Positions 38,601 through 51,962 of a stretch of 64,000 nt of DNA are shown in pieces. The notes beneath the pieces are model-generated. The model was given only the letters and a program-made list of their open reading frames with translations, was not told the origin of the DNA and made no database searches. A program made the position numbers and the translations under genes. The stretch's first letter is position 1; each line of letters opens with the position of its first letter. Source of the stretch: Camelus dromedarius (lineage: Eukaryota); assembly GCF_036321535.1 (NCBI RefSeq), contig NC_087437.1:63738001-63802000 (forward strand). The letters are read 5' to 3'.

Positions 38601-39584
38601 CGAAGGGCCTCGAGTTTGCTTCAGTCAATGGAGAGCAGAGGCTGAGGCTGCCTCTCCAGGCACTGCAGGAACCTCTGCCACTTTCCCACCTCGTGGCCCC
38701 AGGAAGCAGTCCAAGTGCACAGTCTGCTCCCTAGAGGGGCCCAGAGGTGGCAGAGCCTCTGGCCCTTGAGAGCAAGAACTCCCTTAAATAACAAGTCTCA
38801 TCCAGTTGAAGGATGCTGGTCAGGCCCCGGCTGGGCTCCACCCCAGCAGGCTAGGCCAGCAGGACAAGCCAGGGCCCCAGGCCATGGGTTTCCCTCCTTC
38901 TTCCAAATGACCAGCTCTGGTGCCTGCCCAGGGCCACAGGCACATCCACCCAGGACCTTCCAGCTGGAGCTCAGCCATGGTCTGAAGGAAACCATCAGTG
39001 GAGGTCTGACCAGGGCCAGGAGTGAAGGTAACCGTCCGTGCTCCTACTGGGAGGTGCCAGCACTGTGAGAGAGCACTGGACTCTGTAAAGGACCGCATCA
39101 CAGAGCCCAGCCCTCCCTGCCACAGGTCCCAATGTCCTCCTCTGAACAATGAGGAGGGCTGAGCTCTGGTAGCGCCCAGCAGTCCGTGGCCCTGACACCA
39201 GGCGACTGAGTCAAGTGCAGAGGGGGAACCACATGTCTGACAGGTTTTCATGATATCAAGTCCACAGGTGCAGGACTAAGGGCTGACAGTATGGAATGAG
39301 TATAAGTAAGCATAAATCACGAAAGCTGACCTGAGGCTCAAGGACAAGAGAAAAAGGTCTGAGCAGAAGGGGCTTGGTCCATGCTCAGCACCCCCAAGTC
39401 TCCCCAGGATGTCATCTGCCCTCAAGCAACATTACCTGATGGTAGGCTTTTGATGGTATTTTAGTGATGACAATGTGGCCGGGGGACCCAGGAATACAGA
39501 AACCCAGAGGCACTGCCTCTAAACGCAGAGTGACTCACGCATATGCAGGCCCCAATGCAGGGGAGACCGTAAGAGTAAAGGTAG

Positions 39585-39810
39585 TTAATACTGTTTAGCA
39601 TTTACTGTGGACCAAGCACCGTTTGTGTCATTTCACATGTATTAACTCATGAATTTCTCCCAACAGTTCTATGAAGTCACTACTGCTAGACTCCCACTTT
39701 ACAGATGATGAAACTGAGGCACAGAAAGGTTAAGTAACTGGCCAAGGTCACCTGGCAGGTGAGTTGGCAGAGCCCGTACATAAAGCCAGAGGGCGTTCCA
39801 GAACCTGCAC
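39585..39810 (-). mobile_element. MIR SINE
   Basis: cccactttacagatgatgaaactgaggcacagaaaggttaagtaactggccaaggtcac. Confidence 0.85.
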
Positions 39811-41244
39811 TCTCCGTGACTGCACTAATTATAGCGCTTTCCCTGTCACCCCAAGGCCGCAGGGTGCTCCATGCTGAGCCCTCATCTGAAATCATCTCTA
39901 GCTGCAGCCGCCCAGCCCAGCTCCTGAGCTGGTCACCAGTGAGCACCACACGATGGCACAGCCCAAGCAACGCCAGCAACAGGCAAGCAAAGACCAGCCC
40001 CCTCTCATTCTCAAGTCAATCCCTCCATCACACAGAGGAAGTAAGGGCCCAGCAATGAAGTCCTCTGTCCTCTGCTGTGACAGAGGACGTAAAGTAAGCC
40101 ACTCAGGTGCCCACAAAATGACATAGTCCCCACGTCTCCCTCCCCCATTTTTGTCATCCTGCTCGGTCCTAGCCAAAAGAATTTCACTCAATCCTCCTTC
40201 TGCCCCTGCAGCCTGGGTCCCCTTCCTGGAGAATGGTGGGTCCCTTCAAGCCCCCAGGGGCACAGATATCCATCCCTCACTCACAGAAAGAACATTTTCA
40301 GAACCAGACACAGAGGAGCCACATGGCCTTCTTGCTTGGACCCCAGCAGAAGTGTAGTAGTTACCCTGGGAGGGGAAGGTATGCTGAGCTGGGGCCAGTA
40401 GACCGAGAGTATAAACAAAGAAAAGAGAAAAAATTGGCTTGGGTTCTGCTTGCCCAGGAGTCTGACCATCCTCCTTACCCTGCAGAGCCCTGAGCTGGGC
40501 TCTATACTCCCAAGGGGTCATTCCCCAGGAGCTTGGGCTGCTGCTCAGGGGTTTCTTGAGCCCTGTGTGTCCCTGCGTTAGTTCTCCAGCCCTGAGGGGC
40601 TCTGGGACAAGCAGTGTGATTTCTGTTGCACAAGCCTCCCCAAACCTTGTCTTCCCCCATCCTTTGTTCCCCAAGCCTCTGTCGCTGCTTCTGTCTCCCA
40701 CCAGGGCACCAAAGTCCCTTTCCAGCTGTCTTGCTGCAGCCTTCTCTGAGAATCAGGGTAGAGGAGGAGGACACGGTGGAGCCTCAGAACCACACCCCTT
40801 GCCACACCCCTAGAAGGCTCAGCCTGCCCCTGAGTAGTCCAGAAGCCTCCTGATTCTTGACGTTAGGGTCAGACCAGCCTGCCCAATGAGTCTCCTTTCT
40901 CCCTGATAGGACTGGCGTCCAGGTTTGCTCTTGGCGGGGAAAGCAACCAGACCCATTCTCCCAAAGCAGGAGCCCAGCCTCTCCACTTGGGGCTCTGCCG
41001 GCCTGCAGGACTCCCCGCACCGTCACCCCAGGCCCTGCTCACTCTCGAAGCCGGGTGGGCTGAGCGTACTCCACAGGAGACAGCAAGTCTGGGACCAGGG
41101 TCCCTGGGTCAGCTGATGGCCACCCCAGTAAAGGGAGGCAGCTTACCCTTTTTTGCTGTGGGCTGAAGAGGGCAAGGGAGATGGGGGAGACCATTTACAG
41201 TGACCCAGGCCACTGGCCTTCCAGAGGAGCGCTTGCTACAGCAC

Positions 41245-41646
41245 AGGCTGAAATCAGCCTGGGCAGGGCTGTGCTCCCTCTGGAGGCTCTAGGGGAGAAT
41301 CCTCACTGGTCTCTTCTAGCTTCTGGGCCTCCAGTTTCCTTGGGCTTATGGCCACATAACTCCAACCTCTGCCTCCGTCTTCACATGGCCTGCTCCCATG
41401 TCTCTGTGTCTCAAACACCCTCTCCTTTCCTTTCTCTCAGCGGAATCAGTCACTGGGTTTGGAGCCCACCCCAAATCCCAAATGATCTCATCTCCAGAAC
41501 AAATTGTAATCCCACTTTAAGTTCTTAAAATATCTTAATCCTTAATTAAATTTGCAGACCTTGTTTCCAAATAAGGCCACATTCACAGGGACTAGGGGTT
41601 AGTACTTGGACATATCTCTCTGGGGGACACCATTCAACCCGCTGCA
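41245..41646 (-). mobile_element. MLT1-type MaLR LTR, followed by a MIR 3' fragment (~41650-41785, +)
   Basis: cagggctgtgctccctctggaggctctaggggagaatcc...tttccaaataaggccacattcacagg...cattcaaccc. Confidence 0.8.
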
Positions 41647-43654
41647 CCCAGTTGCCTCCTCTGTAAAATGGGACAACAGTAGACCTGCCTTGGTGTGCTG
41701 TGACATCACGTGGGTTAGTGCACGCACAGCTCTGAGAGCAGTGCCCGGCACATGCTGAGTGCTCAAGACAGGCTAGCTGTTACTAACATTCCTCAGCCTT
41801 CCCGATGCCACTCGGTGAAATTTGCTCTGAGCTGTGCTCAGCCCCTCTCCCCTCACAGAACAAGAGCCGCTGCCCACACCAGTGCTTCCACAGCCCCTGC
41901 AGACCCCTCCAGCTTTATCCCAGGGCCTTGTGCCGAGAAGGAGGGAGGATGGTTCCCCACCAGCTAACTGACCCCTTTAAAAAAACTAGATTAAAAAAAA
42001 CAACTAGATATTATTCATCTCTTTTAAAAAAATAACTGTTTTTGAGTTGTATGAAAATATATTGGTCATGAGCAATAGTAAGTGTGTGGAGACATCTTAG
42101 GACAAACGTATCTCACCATCATAAGCCCAAAGGTTTCACAGTTTTCTCCTGACAGTCTGGTTCCTTCAGCTTTGTCTCTCCAGCATGTGGTCCAGAGCTT
42201 GCTATGTGGGGGTGGAGCACAGATACTCGCTGATGAATTAAAGGAGGAAGGCAGCCTGAAGGTCAGAACAGAAATTAAGGGGTAGTTGAATGCACAGCCA
42301 AGGACCCCTGGCTTGAGAGGACACTAGTGGCTCCTGAGGGAGATGGAAGCATGGAAGGAAGGCCCTGGGCCAGGAGGACAACTGAGGCACAACTAGTGAA
42401 TGTCAGCAACCGTGTGTAGTGGAATGTCACCTGCTTCAAGGTGAGCCCTCAGCCCGGAGCCTTGATGTATCCTGGAAAGCTAACTGGACAAAAAGAGACC
42501 CTCCGTAACCACTGGGGGTGTGTAAAAGGCACATCAGTTACCTTTGTTTTCGTGGCCTGTTTACAATCTACCACTAATTACCATGTAGCTTAGTAGCAGT
42601 ATGTATATAATTAGGTGGCAGATTCATTTTGTTATGAGCTTCACTTAATTATACTGCTGAACTCTGTTTGCTAAGTCTCCACTACCCCCAACACAAAAAC
42701 AAAACAAAAAAATTGTGAGGGCCCACTGCCCACGTCTGCTTTCACAACTGTAGAAGGTGGATGGGATGTGGCCTTGCCTCCACGGTGGAAGTGGATCCCT
42801 GGCCAGAGTCCCCCTTGCTTCTGCTGCTGAGCACTGTCTGGTACTGCGCCCTTGCTGGGCTGGGCTAAGGGTCTCATTTACTCTCGTGTAGCACAGCAAC
42901 CCTACTGGTGCCCATTTTACATGCATGCTGCACGGGACCTCTACAAGCCTCAGTCCCCTCTTCTTACCTGGGCCGTGGGAGGCGTCATCTGGCTCTAGAG
43001 TTGGGGGATGGCTAGGATAAACTCAGAGGCTCTGCTGGGTGCCTGAGTTCACTCCAAAGGGGTCCATCCCATCCCCGCCCCATGCCTGGCTCCAGCCAGC
43101 AGCTTGGTCACTAGCCCTCCTGTTCCTCCCCTGCCTTCCTCAGTCCTCTTGGTCCTTCTCTGTCTCTCTTGTGACAAGCACAAGGCACAGTGACAAGCAC
43201 CATAGAAGTGCTGATGGCTCCTCAGTTCCAGCCAGAGAGCTGAGCTGGGAGGAGGCAGGAAGCCACTGGGAAAAAAGCCAGGCAAGATGTGCAGCAAAGC
43301 GGGGACACGGACATTTCCAGGAGACAGAAGACCCTGAGGGACCGCAAGACCTCTGTAGGGTCCAGCCGCCCTTGGGATCCATTCTTACTGCGAAGCTCTT
43401 CTCTCCTTCAGCCTTGCTCTGTGTTCTCATGTCGTGTGACAGTTTCCCTACGCAGTCTCTCTCCTGAGTGAGGTTAAACCACAACCCATCAGCCTCCATT
43501 GAGGAAGCCCCTTTGGAGCACCAGACTCTCGATCCCCTCCCCCACCCCCCCCCCACCTGGGTTCCTTCTGCGACATTCCCTGGGCACTACGGCCACTGTC
43601 TGCACTGACACCTCCAGACCTGCTCTCACTTGCTCTTCCAGGGGCCCCATGAAG

Positions 43655-43800
43655 TAGATGCTGTCATTACCGTCACAGATCCGCAGACGAAGAGAAGGAG
43701 GCTCTGACAGGCTGGGAACTCGCCCAAGACACACAGCTGTTAAGTTCAGAGCCAGGATTTGAAACCAGGTTTGTTCTGCTCGATATCACGTGCTCTTAAA
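43655..43800 (-). mobile_element. MIR SINE
   Basis: actcgcccaagacacacagctgttaagttcagagccaggatttgaaaccaggt. Confidence 0.7.
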
Positions 43801-45639
43801 CTGCTGCATTGTGGCCCCTCCTCTCTTCTCCTGTCATTCATTCAACAAATATCAGTGAGCAGCTCTCCCAGGCCAGACCTTCTGCTGGGTGCTGAGGATG
43901 GAGCCACGAACAAGGCAGAGATGGACAGCCTTGTGGAGCCCTCACCCAGGCCCACCTGGCGCCATGTGTGAGCTTGTTCTCCTGGGCCCCCGGGAGGCCT
44001 GACGTGGTGGGAATCAGCAGCACCAACTCTGTTTCCAGCCGAGGAGGCACATTATTTGGGAGAAGCTGCACGTCACAGAGCAAGCCTCAAGCTGCTGGTG
44101 CTGGGCCTCAAAGCCTTCTTGGGGGTCTCCCAGACCCTAAGCTGGAACACCAGCAGGCCTTCCTCCTGCGGGGTTGGCCTTCCCGGGGGGCAGTCTTCCC
44201 CTACATCCTTCCCCTTCGCTCCCTTGACCAGACATTGCTCCAGCTAGAAAACAGGGCTGCAAAACTGACCAGCTCCCCTACCTGCTGCCATCCCACCTCA
44301 GGGGAACCTCGCAGGTCAACAGGGCTACATCTGTGGGCCAGTGAAAGGCAGACAGAAATACTGGGGGTAGGAGGACTGAACCCTGGCCAGGCATCTGCTC
44401 TCCCTCCCTGCAGGACAGCTGAGGGGCCTGAGGCGGAGGGAAGCAATGCCACCTCCCCCCCTGAGGGCTGCCTGGTGCAGCCCAAGAGGCTCCCATGGGA
44501 AGGCAGGAGGCTCTCTCTCTGCAGACCCAGCCTGGTGCACACTGTGAGGAGAGGGAAGAGAAACACCAGGCCAGACATCCTCCCCAGAGGGCTCCAGCCC
44601 AGCCCTGGTGAGGGTTTAGCTAAGAAAAGGACTGCCTTTCCCAGAGTAGTGTATCTGTGTATCAGGCCTTTGACGTACCCTGGGAGAAGAGAGGTTTTCA
44701 TTTCACTGAGAAGGAGACTGAAACTCAGACAGGTTAAATAACTTTGTTGAGGTGACAGAGTGAAAGATAGTTCTGTCTGGTGGTCCGACTCCCAGGCTGA
44801 TGCCCTTTCCACCACACCACAGAGCGTCGTTTAGGTGCCAGGACTGGAAGTCTCCCCACTCCTCAGAGAAAAGGAAAAACCCCATCTGCCTGGAGGAGCT
44901 TCCCTGTGCCGTGATCCCTACACAGCCGCACTCAGGCAACCCCACTGCCTTCCCCAACCTTCCTCACAAGTATCCGAGGTGGAGATGATACACCCCCACC
45001 ACATCCCCAGCATGTCCCCCCACCACGATGGCGGCCCCTCTGTTCTCCAGGAAGTTCTCCCCCAAAACTCAGTCCCAGCATTGCAGGGGCTCGGGCCCGA
45101 CCTCCCAGCCGGGCCAGGAGACCCAGGTCTTTCTGACAGGTGGGTGTCCGACGAGGCTCTGATGGGAGGTGAGCCCTGAGCCGGCAGTGCCACTCAAGTG
45201 TGTTTGGGGGCAGTTTCTGCCTCACTAAACACGGATTTGGGGTTTGGGGGGTAGGGCCCAAGAACCTGGCTTTCAGAAGTGCACACCTAGGTTTGAGAAG
45301 CACGAAAGCATGTTAGAGGACAGGCAGGGAAGCTAATCCAGACAGTGAGACAACCAAGGGAGCAAATTCATTAACACAGAACTTGGAAATGAGCTAAACC
45401 CACACTCACCACGGGCATGCATCAGAGGGAAAGGCCATCCCTGAGGCTCTGTCTGTGGGATGGGGTCCTCCTTCCCTCTCTACCTGGTAAATTCTCACCT
45501 CTCTTTCAGGTTGGTTTTCTCTCAAACATCACTCCTGAAGGAAGCCCCACCCCAGTAACCCCTGGGTCCCAGTTCCCCGCAGTCACTCTTGTTGCTCTGT
45601 ATTTCTTTCTTGGAGCCCTGGTGCAGATGTCACTATATG

Positions 45640-45790
45640 ACTGCAATTTATAGGTCAGGTTCTGTGCTGCCCTTTAGAATGTAGGCTCCAAGAGGGCAGG
45701 GATTCTCGCCACTTTCTTGGCTGTATCCCCAGCGCTTACCCTGTGTTTGGTACATAGTAGGCACTCTCAGATATTTGTTGAATGCATGAC
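45640..45790 (+). mobile_element. LINE-2 3' end
   Basis: tagaatgtaggctccaagagggcaggga...ctgtatccccagcgctt...ggtacatagtaggcactc...atatttgttgaatg. Confidence 0.8.
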
Positions 45791-47454
45791 CTGGGTTGCA
45801 AAGCTGGGAGACGTAAGCTCAGGTGGAAGGGAAGAAATGTGGAAAATAGTCCTTGCCTTGTGGTCTGCAGGGCCTTTCCCCATCCAGGAATTGCTCAGCC
45901 CATGTAGGAATTTCACAGGGCCGTGGAATCCTCCTGCCAAGGAGTCATGTCATCCACCCCCAGCCCCGGGAGCACAGTTTCTCGCTGCATCCAAGCACTT
46001 CTGCTCAAAGATCCCTGCAAATGAAAGTTCCTCCACTCTCCTCCCAAGTTACTCATGACAGTGATCTATGCTCTTAGCTATTAGGGAAGTTCTTCTCTGG
46101 GTCTGACTCCTGTGTTTCCTAATGCCACTTTTATCCGCCTTTCCCTCCTCTTGAAAATAGACTCTAACAATAGCAGAACTAGACAGGAGCTTAGAGATGA
46201 TCAAAGAAAGCAACTTTCAAGTCTTTTTTTTTTTTTTTCCCTAAGCAGGAAAAGCCCTTTTCCAAAAAAATCAGAATCTGAATCCTAAAATGTGAGGCTG
46301 ACAAAAGGGGAGCAGCCCTGATTGATATAGGACATGGGAGCCCTCCCAGGGCACCCCTGGGAGCTCCAAGGAACCCAGTTTGAAAACCAGTGTTAGAGCC
46401 AAGCCTGACATGTTGTGGATGAGAAAATCCAGAGATGGGATGTGATCTACCCCAGCCAGCACCATAACCCAAGTCTCTCCTGCCTGGAGTTCACAGCCAG
46501 CATTGTCAGACCTCATTGCTCTGCTGGGGTGCTCTGCAGTTGTCCTTGTTAGAAAGTATGCTCCAGTATCATCTGGGGGCTCTGTGCTTCGTGTTTTCTT
46601 CTTTATGGTATCTGGTGCTTCCATATGCCAAAAAAACTCGGCAAGAAATTGGCAACGAAAGTTACACAAACATGTTTCACAAATCTCCAAATCTTTGAAC
46701 AAAGATAGTCATCACATTTTCTCAAACATTTCCACAGAGGGCTTCAGAGTCAGGCCCATCTTTTTTGGATTATTTACATATTTATTTCTTTTGGGGTGCA
46801 TTTTGAGCACAAACCATGTGATCGCAAGAAAGATCCAGTAGGAATGAGAAATGGTGGAGTCCTTCGTGCTGGGACTCATTAGCCTTTCGGCCCCAGGCAC
46901 CTGGGAATTTTCATGGAACCAATTTCCTTCTTGGGATTGTTAACATAATCCCCTAATTGGAGCACTGAGGGGCCTATTAGCTGCCAGATCGGTGCTCTAA
47001 GGGAACACATGCCCAAGGACCAGGAGGGAGGTCTCGGCTTCTTCTTGGATTTCCCATGGACCACATGCTCTCTGCGCCTGTCCTCACCCTGAACTCCATC
47101 TTCAGCTGGCTCCCAGACCCCAGAGCTGGGGAGTGTGAGGTGTCTCAGGTGAGTGGGATCCAGAGCGGCTGGGCTGTAACAGCACTACTGGTCACCCCTC
47201 CTCCACGTGCCACCCTCAGAACATGAGTCAGTGTCATCACACTGAGGGTGCCATTTATTAAACTTCTAGTGCGTTCCAGGCCCAGTGCTAGTTCACCTAA
47301 CCCTGACCACAAAAAATGATGATGGTATCTCCATTTTGTAAACTAGAGCACTGGTTTTTCAGAGGAGATGAGCTGAGCCACATTTTATTTCATTTAATAT
47401 TTGCATACGTGATTTCCTTGAACACTAATGGTGGTTAACTCTTTTTCAGTGTTC

Positions 47455-47600
47455 ACTATTTTCTAAGAGCTTCACATGAATAAACTCATTTAATCCTTAT
47501 GACAGCCCTAAGAAATTGAATGTTACTGTCATCCCCATTTTATATAACAGAAAACTGAGGCACAGAATGGCTCAGAATCTTGCCTGAGGTTAGCTCCTCA
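47455..47600 (-). mobile_element. MIR SINE
   Basis: aactcatttaatccttatgacagccct...atccccatttt...aaactgaggcacaga. Confidence 0.8.
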
Positions 47601-47689
47601 GCTCTCAGCCTCATCGTCAATTCTTGGTAGTCTCAGTTCAGTCCAAGCATTGATGTGTTCCTTCCACGATTCAGGAGAAATGGTACCCG

Positions 47690-48420
47690 GAGTGGTTGAG
47701 AGTGTGGGCTTTGGAGTCAGACATACCTGGGCTCCAATTCCAGCTCCGTCGGCGTGAGTGTGGGCAAGTGGATTAGTGATCCATCGCTACACGACAGATC
47801 ACCCCAGCGTCTGGCTGCTTAAAGCAACAAACATTTACTGTCTCACAGTTCTGTGGGTCAGGGACGTGAGAACAGCTTCCTGTGTGGTTCTGGTTTGGGG
47901 TCTCTCAGGAGGTGGCCACCAAGATACAACCTGAGGCTGCGATCATCTCAAGGCTCACCTCGAGGTAGAAGGTGGAGCTGCTCCCAAGTTGGCTCTGTGG
48001 ACCTCTCCACAGGACTGCCTCACCACCAAGCAGTGGGCTTCCCCCAGGGCACATGATCCAAGGAAGTGAGAGAGAGGGCCCGAGTTGGAGGCCACAGCCT
48101 ATTTATAACAATCTCAGAAGGGACATTCATTACTTACACCCTATTCTCTTCATTAGAAGGGAGGCAGTAAGTCCAGCCCACGCTCAAATTGTGGGAGATT
48201 ACATGAGGGTTGTGAACATGAGGAGGAGGGGAAGACCGGGCCAGCTGAGAGGGTCTGCTGCCCCAGTCACTTCAGCTCCTGAGCCTCAGTTCCCTCGTCT
48301 ATAAAATGGGAATCAGAGTGTCTGCCTCAGAATTCTTTTACAGCCTCAGTGGGTCAGTGCCTATAAAGAGATCAGAATGGTGCCAGCAAATAGTGAGTGC
48401 TTCATCAGTGTTAGGTGCTG
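47690..48420. mobile_element. MIR (+) split by an MLT1-type LTR (-, ~47775-48260)
   Basis: The MIR 5' half ends at ...tgggcaagt (~47770) and resumes at cacttcagctcctgagcctcagttccctcgtctataaaatggg (~48268). The insert contains gcttaaagcaacaaacatttactgtctcacagttctgtgggtcagg. Confidence 0.75.
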
Positions 48421-49438
48421 TCACCACCAAGGCTTCCACGGGGCACAGAGGTCGTAAGCTACTTGTGGGCAGGGACGCTGCATCTTTCCCATCACATCAG
48501 ACCCTTCAGTGCCTGCCTAGCTCAGCACCTGGCACTTCCTTCCACTGCACAGACACCAGCACTGACCACTGATGGCGCCAGTGAGAAAGCAGGGAAGGAG
48601 GAGGAGCACGCCCTTCACGCCACTCCCAAGGCCTGTGGGAGGGACCTCCTGCGGGCATCAGGAACGTCTCCTAAGAGCCAGCCAGGCCACGAAGTTTGAC
48701 AGTATCCAGGGGCTCTGGCCACTGCTGGCCCTCAGCCTCCTCGACCCAGAGATGGTAAGCAAAGCAGGTACCACGGAGGGCTGGGTGCAAATCCAGCCTT
48801 GGTCCTGTAAGCCCTGGCTTGGCAGAGCCCCCAGACACTGCCCAGACCACTCCCAGAAGAGGCTTGCACAAGGGCAAGGACAAGTTCCGGAATGCTAGAC
48901 CACCCGCGTGTGGCGACAGTAATGTCGGTGGCTCCCTGAGGCTTGTCATCAAGGAGCAGCATGTTGCCCTCTAGGGTGCTTGGCGTTGGTGGCAGCTGCT
49001 CGCATTTCCAACCTGGAGCTCCGGGAAAGGCAGAAGGGAGGGGACAGGAAGAGAGCCAACCCTCGGCTAAGGACCATGTAATCAGCCAGGCTGCAGACCA
49101 GGAAGAGAGACCAAGTGAGAAGCAACGCACTGGGCTGGGCTGGAGGGGCACATGCAGTAGTCAGGGGTTTGACTCATAGCTCAACCACTTCTCCACTGGA
49201 TGGCTTTGGACAAGCTGCGTATCTTCGCTTTATTTCTGGTTCCCCATCCATGAAATGACCTTCCACCGGGCACAGAGGTCATGAGAATCGGCAGCGCCAT
49301 ATGCAGCGTCTGGCACATGGTAGGTAACCCATAAATGGAACCATTATTACTATCAGGGTGCGAGGGTCCTTAGAGAAAGAGAAAGATTGAAAGCTAATTT
49401 GTCTGTTTTGTTTTGTAAATTTCACTGTTTTGTGTATA

Positions 49439-49462
49439 CACACACACACACACACACACACA
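49439..49462. repeat. (CA)12 microsatellite
   Basis: Read directly. Confidence 0.95.
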
Positions 49463-49464
49463 TT

Positions 49465-50200
49465 TAAAGGTGCGTGGATCATAAGCATACCGCAAAACAA
49501 AAATTCACAATGTGAACACATGTGGGTAACCAGAATCCCAATCAAGAAACCAAATGTGACCAACACTCCAGAACCCCTTTTCGTGTTCCCTTCCTGTTCC
49601 TATCCACCTGCAAGGACACCCACTATGCTAACTTCCAAGATGCTGCTTCTGTGCTTTATTTAAATGGAAACGCACGGAATGCCCTGTTTTGTATCGGCCT
49701 TGTTTGGCTCCACGCCGTGCCTGGTTTTCACCCCTGCTGCTGCATGTGATTGTGGGTTGTGGGTTCTCGTTGCTCCGTAGTGTTCCACTGTGTGAATGTG
49801 CTCCAGCCTGTGTGTTCGTTCTCCTGCTGATGGGCTGTCTTCAGTTTGGGGCTCTTAAAAATAATGGTGCTGTGACCGTTCTCACGCCGGTTTCTTATTT
49901 GGTGGATTTAGGGTGGGATTACTGGGTCAGAGGGCATCTGCACTTACAGCTCTGGTAGGTGCCGCCCCACAGTTCTTCCGGCGTGTTGTATGAACGCGTG
50001 CCTCCGCCAGCAGTGAACAGGGAGCTCTCCTCGTTCTGCATCCTTGCGCTCACTTGGTGTTGTCACGCTTTTCCTTTTCAGTCATTCTGGTTGGTGTGAA
50101 GCGGTGATTTTAATCGTGATCTAATTGTGATTTTAATTTGCGTCCACTTGATGAGTAGTGAGGACTACAGATGACTCTTCCTGTGTTTACTGGATATTGA
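49465..50200 (-). mobile_element. Old L1 (L1ME-like) 3' region
   Basis: tgtgaacacatgtgggtaacc...actccagaacccc...ctcacttggtgttgtca...ttcagtcattctggttggtgtg...ttttaatttgc. Confidence 0.7.
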
Positions 50201-50229
50201 ATATGAATCTAAGTACTTTAATTTCTGTC

Positions 50230-50746
50230 CTTGATGGGGCTGCTCTAGAGGATCGACACCCACCCCGCCTTCCACCGCCCCTGCACATTGGGGGTTTTGG
50301 ATTTCACACGTCAGTAAAATGTGAGGTTTAGCCACAGAACTGCAGACTGGTTCAAGCAGCCCCACCCCCCTTGAAGCAGGCCTTACAGCTCCAGGTGCGC
50401 ACATGACCCTCCAGCTGCCAGGCAGGTGTGCTGGCGTGAGATCGGGAAGGCAGAGGATGGCCAAGCATGCGCTTTTGCTGTTTCTCCTGGTTAGCCCGGA
50501 GACAAAGACGTTTGCATCTCCTGAGGCCAGTGGCTTCCCTACATCCCAGATTCCTGATCATGGCGGAGACAGCCGAGCCCCTGGCAGGCCAGTTCTTCGG
50601 AAAGGTGCTCCCAGAAGCCCCACCTCTCTCTGCTCCACCAGCCCTTCCAATGATTTTATAAAGTCCTAAATCCCTGTGTTAAATTCTTTTCTGCTTAAAA
50701 TCGCTGGAGCAATTGCTCTACCTGCAATTAAACCCCGACTGGTACA
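50230..50746 (+). mobile_element. ERVL-class LTR (LTR33/LTR16-like)
   Basis: The 3' end aaatccctgtgttaaattcttttctgcttaaaa...aaccccgactggtaca resembles ERVL LTR ends; the 5' boundary is uncertain. Confidence 0.5.
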
Positions 50747-51962
50747 TTGTGGTACCCTGGTATTGCCATTTCACAGAAGCAAAGATATTTTAAGGCCAGA
50801 AGATAGGAAGAATATAATCCTAAAATAAAAGGACAGTCTTCCTAAATTTCAGTAAATCAATCCCATGAAAAGCCCATTTTACTCTTCTCATTTTGCCAGT
50901 GGAAATTTTAGCATTAGTGGGCTCTAAGGGAAGAAGTGAGTTTAGAAGGGGAATTAAAAGGGAAAACATAAAGAGTGGCTCCTGAAATGGGACGTGAGGA
51001 AGTGGGGGATTATTGGGCTGCCGTTTATTGGCTATTTAACCATAGTACCAGGAGTAATGTGGCCTCGGTATCAGCAATACCGTGAACTTATTTAAAATGC
51101 CACAAATAATAGTACTTCTATGGATTCTTTCACTCTGACCCAGAGCTGAGGTTCAAGGAAAGCGTTTGATGATGAGAGTGTTGGGCATGAGGCACCGCAG
51201 CTGTGCCTCAGATTATAATTTGAATGATCATTAGTTATATTGGGTAGTAATTTGGTATGATAAACAGCGACAACTGGATGCAGGGGAAACGACTCCTGAG
51301 AGGAGAGAGAGGAGCCGGCGGGGCAGCCCAGGCAGTGATGAGGTTTGTGGGTCTTTGGGATCCAGGAGGGTCTGTCTGCCACCCTTGCTCTGCTCAGCTC
51401 TAAAGGCTTCAGGGTTGAAGCCTGGCTGGGGAAGGAAGTCTCAGTGCTAAAAGCTGGGCACAGGCTCTGGTAATAGGGGCTCAAGCTGGGGATGGGGTGA
51501 GGGGTAACTCCTGGTGCTGCCAGCAGAGTCTGGCTGGTTGGGACGAGGAGAGGGACAGATGCTACCGTGATGAAACTCCAGAGATGCAAGTGCAGCATCA
51601 TCTTTTGGCCCAGCGATGTGCAGTGATGCTTTCTTTCTCTTTCTCTCCTTCCCCTTTTTAATGGTTTATAACGGAAATTTTCAAATGTACACAAAAGTAG
51701 AGGGTATATTACCATGAAGCCCCCGTGGACCCATCACCCAGTGACAACAGTCATCAACTCATCAGCCCAGTGATTTTTTTAAGCTGTTTTTAGCCTCCAG
51801 TTCTTTGCTCTTTATGTATGTGCAGCTGAATGAAATCATGAAATATTTACTTATGTTTTTTCCCCTATCCTTTCCTCCCATTCAAGCAGATGTTAGGAGA
51901 ATGAGCAATACCCAGGAGAACTTAAAGGGTTTGCAAGGGAGGGAAAAGTGGGAGAGGGAATC

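Noticed and set aside
43968..44815. Longest ORFs in the window (257 aa on +, 204 aa on -)
   Set aside because: No recognisable domain, rich in GC-codon residues, ending in a MIR; expected by chance in GC-rich intergenic DNA
51092..51715. 207-aa minus-strand ORF
   Set aside because: Starts within an L1 3' UTR relic; no domain
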